Shown here in pieces: positions 56,504 through 64,000 of a DNA stretch of 64,000 nucleotides. Position 1 is the stretch's first letter. Each line of letters begins with the position of its first letter. Both the position numbers and the translations under genes were made by a program. The DNA is from Bacteroidales bacterium (GTDB lineage Bacteria > Bacteroidota > Bacteroidia > Bacteroidales > UBA4417): positions 688,426 to 752,425 of the forward strand of contig OY762227.1 of NCBI GenBank assembly GCA_963665485.1. Reading direction: 5' to 3'. The notes below the pieces were generated by a model. The model ran no database searches. It was not told where the DNA came from and was given only the letters and a program-made list of their open reading frames with translations.

Positions 56504-57589
56504 ATGGAAAAACAGTACGACAACCTTCTGATGATTTATTATTCGGGCACCGGAAACTCGAAACGAGTATCGGAATGGATTGCACAGGAAGCGCAAGTCC
56601 TTGGATTAGAAACTCATATTTCGTCCTATCACCAGTTTAACCCGAACGATATTGCAGGTTTTAAAGGGAAGACGCTGATCGGATTTTTCTCAGCAACGCA
56701 TGGGTTTAATATGCCTCATTCCATGCTTAGATTTCTTTTCAGATTTAAGCTTTTAAAGGGATCGGATGTCTTTATTGGGAATACCAGGGCGGGAATGAAA
56801 CTTTCAAAATTGTTTTTACCTGGTTTGAGTGGAATTGCTATGTATTTCCCGGCTTTGGTCATGTTTCTGAAAGGTTATAAGATAAAAGCCATGTACCCGG
56901 TTGATCTGCCATCGAACTGGATTTCACTTCACCCGGGAATTCGCCGAAACGTAATCGATTCAATGGTTGAGCATTATGAGAAACTGACCAGAAGGTTTGC
57001 GGAAAGAGTTTTATGCGGAAAGCGTGTATTCCTGAAATCATTTGTTTTGCTTCCGCTTGATATTTTGGTTGCTCCCATAGCTTTAGGTTATTATTTTGTA
57101 GGTCGGTTTATTCTTGCAAAAACTTTTGTTGCCAATTACAACTGCAACAACTGCGGCTTATGCATGAATCAATGTCCAACCAAATCCATTATCCTTGAAC
57201 ACAACCGCCCTTACTGGAAATTCACCTGCGAAAGTTGTATGAAATGTATGAATTTCTGCCCCGAACGTGCCATAGAAACGGCTCATTCCATGGTGTTTAT
57301 ACTTCTCTTTCTGCTTATCGCAGTAGTAAATCCATACCTTTCAGCTAAAGTAACTGATCTGGTTGCTTTGTTATTTGGAGGTTCCAAACTGGCATTCGAG
57401 TCGTTATATCTTGTGGTGCAATGGTCTGTAGCACTTGCTATTTTCTATCTGGGGTATATACTGCTACATTACCTGATGCGTTTCCCAAGGATAAATAAGA
57501 TTATAACCTATACTACGCTTACGACATGGAAATTCTGGCGACGATATAAAATTCCAACGCATGTGTCTGTACACCCAAAGGGTGTCTGA
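56504..57589 (+). CDS. EFR1-like ferredoxin: flavodoxin-like N-domain, two 4Fe-4S motifs, multiple TM helices
   Basis: LMIYYSGTGNSKRV (flavodoxin-like), CNNCGLCMNQCP and CESCMKCMNFCP, with hydrophobic helices in the middle and at the C-terminus. Confidence 0.7.
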   Translation: MEKQYDNLLMIYYSGTGNSKRVSEWIAQEAQVLGLETHISSYHQFNPNDIAGFKGKTLIGFFSATHGFNMPHSMLRFLFRFKLLKGSDVFIGNTRAGMKLSKLFLPGLSGIAMYFPALVMFLKGYKIKAMYPVDLPSNWISLHPGIRRNVIDSMVEHYEKLTRRFAERVLCGKRVFLKSFVLLPLDILVAPIALGYYFVGRFILAKTFVANYNCNNCGLCMNQCPTKSIILEHNRPYWKFTCESCMKCMNFCPERAIETAHSMVFILLFLLIAVVNPYLSAKVTDLVALLFGGSKLAFESLYLVVQWSVALAIFYLGYILLHYLMRFPRINKIITYTTLTTWKFWRRYKIPTHVSVHPKGV

Positions 57590-57599
57590 CGCACAAAAA

Positions 57600-57631
57600 A
57601 ACCTGGCAGTTTCTGCAATCACTGCCAGGTT
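57600..57631 (-). terminator. Terminator (T-run on the minus strand) downstream of tonB; may also stop the + strand gene
   Basis: AACCTGGCAGT / ACTGCCAGGTT, an 11-bp stem preceded on the plus strand by A7. Confidence 0.55.
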
Positions 57632-57748
57632 AATAGAAAAGAGAGAAATATGGAAGAAGTGATAAGTTAATAGCTGGATGTAATGGTGTTACTCAATAAT
57701 AATTTTCAGCCTGAATACATCTGATCCAGGACTTAACCAACTTTGATC

Positions 57749-58537
57749 TCAACCCTGCAGCCTGAAACTAACGGGCATGGTGTAAAGCACACGCACATTT
57801 CTTCCGTTTTGCCTGCCAGGTTTCCACTGCGGCATCATTTTAACAACACGCAAAGCTTCTTCGTCGCAACCACCTCCTATTCCCCGAAGAATTTTAGCAT
57901 CAGTAATATTCCCTTTTGAATCCACAACAAACTGCAAATACACAGTGCCCTGGATGCCCAATTCCGATGCCTGTTGCGGATAGTGAATATTATCAGCAAG
58001 GAATCTATAGCGTTCGGTTTCACCACCAGGATATAAAGGCATTTCTTCGGCATTGATAAATATTTCTTGCTTTTCAATTGGATCAGTAATTATATCCGGT
58101 TGTTTATCGATTGTAGATTCCGGAGTAATCTCTATAGAAATGTTTTTTGATATTTTATTTATGTCTTCCATGGGCAAAAACCCACCATCATCAGGAACTT
58201 CTCCTATAACAACTTCAGGCACTTTAAATACATTTTGTTTTTGTGTTTCTGTAATTGGAGGGGGAGGAATGGGAATAACGGCATCTGGTGGCGGCGGGTC
58301 AGCAGTTAAAACTACAATACCCGGGTCATCCCAAACGTGTATTCTTCCTCCAGTGGCATTATAGCTTAATACAAACGGATACGCGAGCCCTGCAATCAAA
58401 ATTGTTACAGAAAGCAGCAATGCTTTCATCACTTGCTTGTTGTACATTTTTCGCAAAATATAAGCGCCGTACATTTTGTTCCTTTTTTCGAAGACGATTT
58501 CGTCCATTTGAGGGGATGTAGTTTCTTGCGTTTTCAT
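57749..58537 (-). CDS. tonB: Energy transducer TonB
   Basis: An N-terminal TM anchor, a Pro-rich spacer (PPPPDAVIPIPPPP) and a TonB C-terminal domain (YPQQASELGIQGTVYLQFVVD...). Confidence 0.85.
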   Translation of the reverse strand: MKTQETTSPQMDEIVFEKRNKMYGAYILRKMYNKQVMKALLLSVTILIAGLAYPFVLSYNATGGRIHVWDDPGIVVLTADPPPPDAVIPIPPPPITETQKQNVFKVPEVVIGEVPDDGGFLPMEDINKISKNISIEITPESTIDKQPDIITDPIEKQEIFINAEEMPLYPGGETERYRFLADNIHYPQQASELGIQGTVYLQFVVDSKGNITDAKILRGIGGGCDEEALRVVKMMPQWKPGRQNGRNVRVLYTMPVSFRLQG

Positions 58538-58799
58538 GATTTGGTGTTTTAAAAGTTGAATATTAAATTGGGAAACTGGTGAAAATAAGTTTCTGCACTC
58601 CCAACCCTTAGGTTGTCTGATATTGAATTTAAAAGAAAAGAAACGGGGTATTCATTACATTACCTTAAAAGATTGAAATTTACGCTTATACACATTAGAT
58701 GCGGGAAGCTTAAAATTTCCATAAATGGTAAAATTTATCATACAATTTATCGCACCGCTTGCTCTCGTTATATATCCTTGTCTTTATACCACAAAAACC

Positions 58800-58807
58800 T
58801 ATCTTTG
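58800..58807 (+). promoter_or_regulatory. -7 box (TATCTTTG) inside the 5' part of track ORF 58613-59437
   Basis: Matches TAnnTTTG, 18 nt upstream of an in-frame GTG at 58826. This argues for a shorter sigma-factor CDS. Confidence 0.4.
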
Positions 58808-58825
58808 TATAAATTACCCAAACAC

Positions 58826-59437
58826 GTGGCACTGAACTTTTTTCGTAAAGCCGATAAAAAAGAACTGCTTTCCCTATCGGATGAGCAGCTTGTAGCCCGT
58901 TACGCACAAACACACGACATTGAGATTATCGGTATTCTCTATGAGCGGTACACACACTTGTTATTCACCGTTTGTTATAAATACCTTGGCAACGATGCCG
59001 ATGCAGAAGATACCGTGATGCTGGTTTTTGAGAAGCTTTTCGCGTTATTGAAAAAATCTGATATACAAAATTTTAAAAGCTGGATTTACACTATCACAAA
59101 AAACGAATGCCTGATGCATCTCAGGCACAAGAAGTCGGGTGAACGCATAATTCAAGAAAATCTGAAAAAATTAGATAACGAGATTATGGAATCCCCGGCG
59201 CTAAATCATCTTTTAAGTGACAACGACGGAGAACATCGCATACGTTATCTCGAATCAGCTATTACCAGTCTGAGTTATGAGCAAAAAAAATGTATTGAGT
59301 TGTTTTACCTGAATGAAAAATCATACCGCGAAGTGGAACAGATCACAGGATATACTTACAACGAAGTTAAAAGTCATATACAAAACGGCAAACGAAATCT
59401 GAAGCAACTGTTGGAAAGGATGGATCGCTATGAATGA
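58826..59437 (+). CDS. ECF-type RNA polymerase sigma-70 factor
   Basis: Region 2 (DAEDTVMLVFEKL...WIYTITKNECLMHLR) and region 4 HTH (SYREVEQITGYTYNEVKSHIQNGKRNL). The track ORF has ~70 extra N-terminal residues with no sigma homology. The exact start is uncertain. Confidence 0.78.
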   Translation: MALNFFRKADKKELLSLSDEQLVARYAQTHDIEIIGILYERYTHLLFTVCYKYLGNDADAEDTVMLVFEKLFALLKKSDIQNFKSWIYTITKNECLMHLRHKKSGERIIQENLKKLDNEIMESPALNHLLSDNDGEHRIRYLESAITSLSYEQKKCIELFYLNEKSYREVEQITGYTYNEVKSHIQNGKRNLKQLLERMDRYE

Positions 59438-60626
59438 CAAGAATATTAAGTCGTCGGCTTTCTTTTTGACATCAGGTTGCCTTACAGAGGACGGGCTCAT
59501 GGTGTTTGTATCAGGCAGGCTGAAAGGTGACTCGCTTCTAAGAGCGCAGAAACACATTTCTGAATGTCCTTTATGCTCTGATGCCTCTGAAGGACTCCGC
59601 ATATGGTTAAATGAGAAAATCAAGGTAGGAAATATCAGCCCGGAACATCCTGATACCAATTACTCTGATTCATTTGAATTGCCCGGTAATCAAACCGTTT
59701 CTGAAGTAAATCCGGAGTCACTTCTCAAATCGCTTAATGAATTTCATATACGTACTGGCGTGATTAATGAGCGGATAAAGCAGCGCCTGAAAACCCACGC
59801 ATTGATTGAATCTGGTAAAATAAAACGGCTTTCGTACAAACCTTTTGTGTGGCTGGCAGCAGCTGCATCTATTATACTTTTCATTGGTGTGGGATATGTA
59901 TTATGGCTTCAAAATCAGCAGACTAATAAAATACAGGCTCAGAAACAACTACAAAGGGAAGCAGCTCTTATTGCCCAAATTCCTGAAACTTTGCCCTATC
60001 CTCCATCAAACAGCAAAGTTATACTTGACGTAAAATACAATAGTGAAAAGGGAACTCATATTCCGCCTGTATTAACTATAGTAAATGAAGATATCACGCA
60101 GGCTTCAGAAACGGCAAGGACAAGAAACAAAGCATTAAACACAGATGATAATGCTGAATATACCGAAACCAGGCATGGAGTGGAATCAGATGTTTACAAG
60201 GAAGAGTCCGGGATGTATAAAGGACAGAATTCAAAACGCGCGCTTACCACTAAAAATAGTGGTGGCGCGATGCAAAAAGCCGAAACCGACGATGAAACCA
60301 GCTCTGTTTTTATAAGTGTACAGCAAATGCCTTCGTTTCCCGGTGGTGATGCCGCGCGAAAAAAATACCTTTCCGGTAAACTCAAATATCCAGTCCAGGC
60401 TTCTGAAAATGGAATTCAGGGAGCAGTATTTGTCAGCTTCGTTGTGAAAACCGATGGCAGCCTGGCTAATATTAAAATCTTACATGGAATTGGCGGAGGA
60501 TGTGATGAAGAAGCCTTACGTGTGGTGAAACTTATGCCTCGTTGGAAACCAGGCCGCCAGAATGGCAAATCGGTAAGAACACTTATCAATATGCCGGTTT
60601 ACTTTAAATTGCAAGAGACATATTAA
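59430..60626 (+). CDS. Zinc-binding anti-sigma factor fused to a TonB C-terminal domain
   Basis: It overlaps the sigma gene by 8 nt. It has the ZAS motif H-x3-C-x2-C (HISECPLC), a single TM helix (FVWLAAAASIILFIGVGYVLWL) and a C-terminal ~95 aa that is about two-thirds identical by eye to the neighbouring TonB C-domain. Confidence 0.75.
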   Translation: MNDKNIKSSAFFLTSGCLTEDGLMVFVSGRLKGDSLLRAQKHISECPLCSDASEGLRIWLNEKIKVGNISPEHPDTNYSDSFELPGNQTVSEVNPESLLKSLNEFHIRTGVINERIKQRLKTHALIESGKIKRLSYKPFVWLAAAASIILFIGVGYVLWLQNQQTNKIQAQKQLQREAALIAQIPETLPYPPSNSKVILDVKYNSEKGTHIPPVLTIVNEDITQASETARTRNKALNTDDNAEYTETRHGVESDVYKEESGMYKGQNSKRALTTKNSGGAMQKAETDDETSSVFISVQQMPSFPGGDAARKKYLSGKLKYPVQASENGIQGAVFVSFVVKTDGSLANIKILHGIGGGCDEEALRVVKLMPRWKPGRQNGKSVRTLINMPVYFKLQETY

Positions 60627-60841
60627 TATATTGTATGTCTGCAAGTTAGTCTGCAACAACTGCTATCCGCATTTTATTGTGATGGAGATCAATACCTTTG
60701 ATTTTACGTTATTAACACCTTTTGTAATTAAAACCTGAAGGAAATTGATGGATTTTAAATCGCTGTTATTTTATTATGTACGTTTGATGTAATGTTAAAT
60801 CACGAAATCGTTTGATTTAATCCATTCAATATCTTTTACTT

Positions 60842-61840
60842 ATGAAAATACTTTTACACAAAACTTCCTTCCTGATGCTGATGTTTGCATCAATTTTAAC
60901 ATTTAGCGCCTCCGTAAAAGGCCAAACCAATCCTACGCCTTTCGATTTATCAACCGGATCGTATGAATTAACAGCCTGGGATTCACTAAGTCCGGCAGGA
61001 ACCTTTCCTCACAATATGGCATTTCATTATGTTGCGGCAAACCAGACTGCGCCATTTTATACTGACGGATCGTTCGACTTCAATTGTTCTTATAAAAAAT
61101 CGAAGCGGCCACGCATTAATGGTTTAATGAGCAAAGGAATAGGGATTGTAACTACAGGTAATTCACAATACGACGATTGTAACTCGGGGGCCGCCGACAG
61201 CCGGTTTATGGGAGCTATTCTTCTTTCGCTCAATGCCACTGATAGAACCAATATCAACGTTAGCTGGAAAAGTGAAACCGTAACACCCGGTGATGGTAGT
61301 CCAACCGAGCCCAGGGTTTGGAACCTGAGGCTACAATACCGGCTTGGGAACAGTGGACTTTTTACCGATGTTCCGGGTATGGCCGATTTTATTTCTTCCA
61401 TTTCAACAGGTGATTCCGTTCAATTCGGGCCTACAGAATTGCCTGGCGAATGTAATAATCAGCCTGTTGTACAATTACGCTGGATATATTTTGAAACCTC
61501 AGCCGGAGTCGTGGGTGGAAGCAGGCCTCAATTGCGTTTGGACGACATAGAAGTTACCAGTGTTCAAACGGTTGGTATCAATGAGACGCAGGTAAATGCA
61601 AACAAACTGCTTTCCGTATTTCCCAACCCGGCGCGCGCGCAGTTCACACTTTATAAAAATTCAAACAGCATGGGCACCATACAGGTAACCGACCAGGTTG
61701 GCAGGATGGTTATGCAGAAATCCTTTAGTCAGGCTTCGGCAACTTTCGATTGCTCTTCTCTTCCGAAAGGGATTTATTTTGTAAAAGTGACAGATAATTC
61801 CAATGGAATAAATAAAACCAGCAAGCTACTGATTCAATAA
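60842..61840 (+). CDS. Secreted protein of unknown function with a T9SS type-A C-terminal sorting domain
   Basis: A signal peptide, and a C-terminal ~80 aa LSVFPNPARAQFTLY...LPKGIYFVKVTD...KLLIQ typical of Por/T9SS CTDs. Confidence 0.8.
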   Translation: MKILLHKTSFLMLMFASILTFSASVKGQTNPTPFDLSTGSYELTAWDSLSPAGTFPHNMAFHYVAANQTAPFYTDGSFDFNCSYKKSKRPRINGLMSKGIGIVTTGNSQYDDCNSGAADSRFMGAILLSLNATDRTNINVSWKSETVTPGDGSPTEPRVWNLRLQYRLGNSGLFTDVPGMADFISSISTGDSVQFGPTELPGECNNQPVVQLRWIYFETSAGVVGGSRPQLRLDDIEVTSVQTVGINETQVNANKLLSVFPNPARAQFTLYKNSNSMGTIQVTDQVGRMVMQKSFSQASATFDCSSLPKGIYFVKVTDNSNGINKTSKLLIQ

Positions 61841-61862
61841 CCCGAGCATTGGGCTGAAAGAG

Positions 61863-61899
61863 ACTCTGCTGGTCAAATGAATTGACCAGCAGAGTTTTT
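61863..61899 (+). terminator. Terminator after the T9SS cargo gene
   Basis: ACTCTGCTGGTCAA-atgaa-TTGACCAGCAGAGT, a 14-bp stem followed by TTTTT. Confidence 0.7.
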
Positions 61900-61944
61900 C
61901 TATTTACGGGTCATCTTGAAGTCAGTCTGAAAGTATGCTGACTG

Positions 61945-62751
61945 CTATATCTTTTCATCCAGCAGCTCCGGGTTTTTAACTATCTTTTTCAGGTAACGAA
62001 ATAGTAATCCGCCGTGCGAAGCATCCACCACGCGATGATCGAGAGCAGCTCCCAGTGATAAAATGGTGCGGGGTAAAATCTGGTCTCCAACTACAGCAGG
62101 TTTTCGGTTTACACCGCCAAGCACCAGCACAAAGGACACATTCGAGGTTGGAAGCAGCGCCGGGTAACCCATATCGAGTCCCACATTACCGATATTTGAA
62201 ACTACAAACGAGCCAAAACTGTTTGCCGACAAGCCCAGCGAAGGAAATGAAAATCCCCAGTCGGCAGTAATAGTTTTCAGCGTACGGAAAATCCAGCCAC
62301 GCAAAGGCCATGGGATCCGTGTCAGTTTGTCCTTCATCTGCATGGTTTTATTTTCATTTCCTTTGCGCGAACTCTGAACTTCTTCATTCATTACCTTAAT
62401 TAGCTCTTCAAGGGTGAGCTGATCCGCATCCTTTATCAAAACAGAACCCATCTGCGACTCGCGTAGTAAAACGCTCACCATTACATCGATATGATCGCGT
62501 AAAATTACATTACCTCGTTTTATATACGTATTAAGTTCAGGAATTTCTTCTTTCAGGGCACGGGCAGCAGCGAGTATAAAAATGTGAGTAAGGGTGGCTT
62601 TCACACCATTTTTGCGTTTTTCGGCAATATACTTTTCAAGGTCGGTGATATCCATTTCAACCGAGCCAAAGAGTTTTGAATCGGTTGGTCTGCGGTAAAT
62701 GGATGACGCTGCTTTGCGCCATCCGGAGTTGAGTTCAGCTGGAGTTTTCAT
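61945..62751 (-). CDS. Stand-alone 2-oxoacid dehydrogenase acyltransferase (E2) catalytic domain
   Basis: The catalytic motif DHRVVDASHGG lies near the C-terminus. At 268 aa there is no lipoyl or E3-binding domain. Confidence 0.72.
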   Translation of the reverse strand: MKTPAELNSGWRKAASSIYRRPTDSKLFGSVEMDITDLEKYIAEKRKNGVKATLTHIFILAAARALKEEIPELNTYIKRGNVILRDHIDVMVSVLLRESQMGSVLIKDADQLTLEELIKVMNEEVQSSRKGNENKTMQMKDKLTRIPWPLRGWIFRTLKTITADWGFSFPSLGLSANSFGSFVVSNIGNVGLDMGYPALLPTSNVSFVLVLGGVNRKPAVVGDQILPRTILSLGAALDHRVVDASHGGLLFRYLKKIVKNPELLDEKI

Positions 62752-63052
62752 TTTGTAAAAATAATTGATTTTAGTATTCGGCTCCTGATTGAATAATGCA
62801 AGGCTGTAATTGATTTTTTACCATGCAGGCACTGAAAACAAAGAGGCTCGCAGAGGTTACATATTTTTGAAAGATTATAGATCATGGCTCTTTCGCCCAA
62901 TTCCTGAAAAGTGTATAACAGCATTGATGATTCGTTTCACTCTGTATTTCTTCGCACACTCAGTACCTCCGTGATAAACTTTTTCGTATCATCATAACCT
63001 AACAGGTTTTAATTATTTCATTCATTCTAAACTACATATTCCAATCTTTCCA

Positions 63053-63060
63053 TATCTTTG
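63053..63060 (+). promoter_or_regulatory. -7 box (TATCTTTG) for the EEP-family gene
   Basis: Matches TAnnTTTG, 22 nt upstream of the ATG at 63082. Confidence 0.45.
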
Positions 63061-63081
63061 AATAAACAAGCTCAATAAACC

Positions 63082-64000
63082 ATGAATATTCCAATTATCA
63101 AAAAAATAATTTTCCTCCTGATTCTGCCTCTGCTTTTAGTGGTCATCCATTCCTGCGAACCGCTTGCAACCAGCTTCGAAGATGTGGAAGACGCGGTAAT
63201 GTATACTAAAAGCGAAAAAGTTGCTCCGCCTCTTCCCGATTCCACTATAAAAGTAATGACATGGAATATCCGTTTCGGGATTGGCCGTCAGCCGTGGTTT
63301 GGCGATGCCTGCGGCGATAATACGGTTTTTAGGAAGGATGAAGTTATTCCAGGTTTGGATAAAATAGTCGCGCGCATCAACGAAGTAAAACCGGATATTC
63401 TATTCCTGCAGGAATGCGACGTAAAATCAAACCGTACCGCATATATCGATGAGCTTCAGTATATATTGGACAGAACCTATTTTAACTACGCCGCCTACGT
63501 TTCGGAATGGAAATCGGAGTATATTCCCAGCGATGGCCTGGGCCGGATGGATATGGGATTGGTGATCCTTTCGCCATGGCCAATAACCGATGCCAAACGC
63601 ATTAACCTTGCCACGCGTGGCGACCAGGCAGGAATTGTAAATTATTTTTATCTCCATTCGTGCATCGTTACAGGTAGTATAAAGATTCCGGGATTTAAGG
63701 AAGTTCCTCTGCTTAATATGCATGCTTCGGCTTTTGCCACTGATGATACAAAGAAGAAGCATTATGAGGAATTCAAGGCAGAGCTGGATAAACTGGAGGC
63801 TGCAGGCAAATATTTTGTTGCCGGCGGCGATTTTAATGAACTACCTCCCGGAAGCGATTCAACTGATTATTGCTATGAAGATAAATGCCCCGGCGAATCA
63901 TTTCACCAACCTGGTGACGATCCGCAACATAAAGCCGGAAGCGATTACACTTTGGAAAAGGACTGGCTGCTTCCGATATATTCCGCTTACAAATGTGCTT
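63082..64000 (+). CDS. Endonuclease/exonuclease/phosphatase (EEP) family lipoprotein, 3'-truncated by the window edge
   Basis: This ORF is absent from the track because it runs off the end. My translation gives MNIPIIKKIIFLLILPLLLVVIHSC (lipobox), then VMTWNIRFG, DILFLQEC and FVAGGDFNE motifs. Confidence 0.72.
   Translation, partial: MNIPIIKKIIFLLILPLLLVVIHSCEPLATSFEDVEDAVMYTKSEKVAPPLPDSTIKVMTWNIRFGIGRQPWFGDACGDNTVFRKDEVIPGLDKIVARINEVKPDILFLQECDVKSNRTAYIDELQYILDRTYFNYAAYVSEWKSEYIPSDGLGRMDMGLVILSPWPITDAKRINLATRGDQAGIVNYFYLHSCIVTGSIKIPGFKEVPLLNMHASAFATDDTKKKHYEEFKAELDKLEAAGKYFVAGGDFNELPPGSDSTDYCYEDKCPGESFHQPGDDPQHKAGSDYTLEKDWLLPIYSAYKCA

Overview
This is a 64-kb chromosomal segment that looks like a Bacteroidota genome. 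The evidence is recurrent TAnnTTTG -7 promoter boxes 15-70 nt upstream of gene starts, a T9SS C-terminal sorting domain, an atpBEFHAG operon without atpD/atpC, and DUF-type envelope proteins typical of the phylum.

Most of the window is housekeeping:
- translation and tRNA modification: glyQS, rplY, aspS, queA, tadA, miaB
- metabolism and energy: prs, a PfkB kinase, ferritin, six F-ATPase genes, sdaA, ispD, an NCS2 permease
- DNA transactions: ruvC, topA

The accessory content falls into six groups:
1. The left 8.2 kb is a phage-derived packaging and head module (TerS-like, TerL, two Lys-rich mini-ORFs, protease-scaffold, capsid, portal). It ends 144 bp from the 3' end of tRNA-Asn(GUU) and shows no tail, lysis or integrase genes in view. 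It carries a moron-like 414-aa orphan with an N-terminal zinc ribbon and a C-terminal R-x4-H (HEPN-like) motif.
2. A tandem adenylate kinase whose second domain has lost catalytic residues.
3. A thioester (CAEQ) alpha-2-macroglobulin placed divergently from a glucosaminidase.
4. A 1078-aa single-chain fusion of 2Fe-2S, NAD/FAD reductase, 4Fe-4S, BFD and DAO-oxidase modules, next to a membrane EFR1-like ferredoxin.
5. A TonB / ECF sigma / zinc anti-sigma cluster in which the anti-sigma carries its own TonB C-terminal domain.
6. A family of short-period (7-8 nt) tandem arrays and CACGGAG-type mini-repeats confined to intergenic spacers.

All calls come from reading the sequence and the supplied ORF track. 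No database search or structure prediction was possible.
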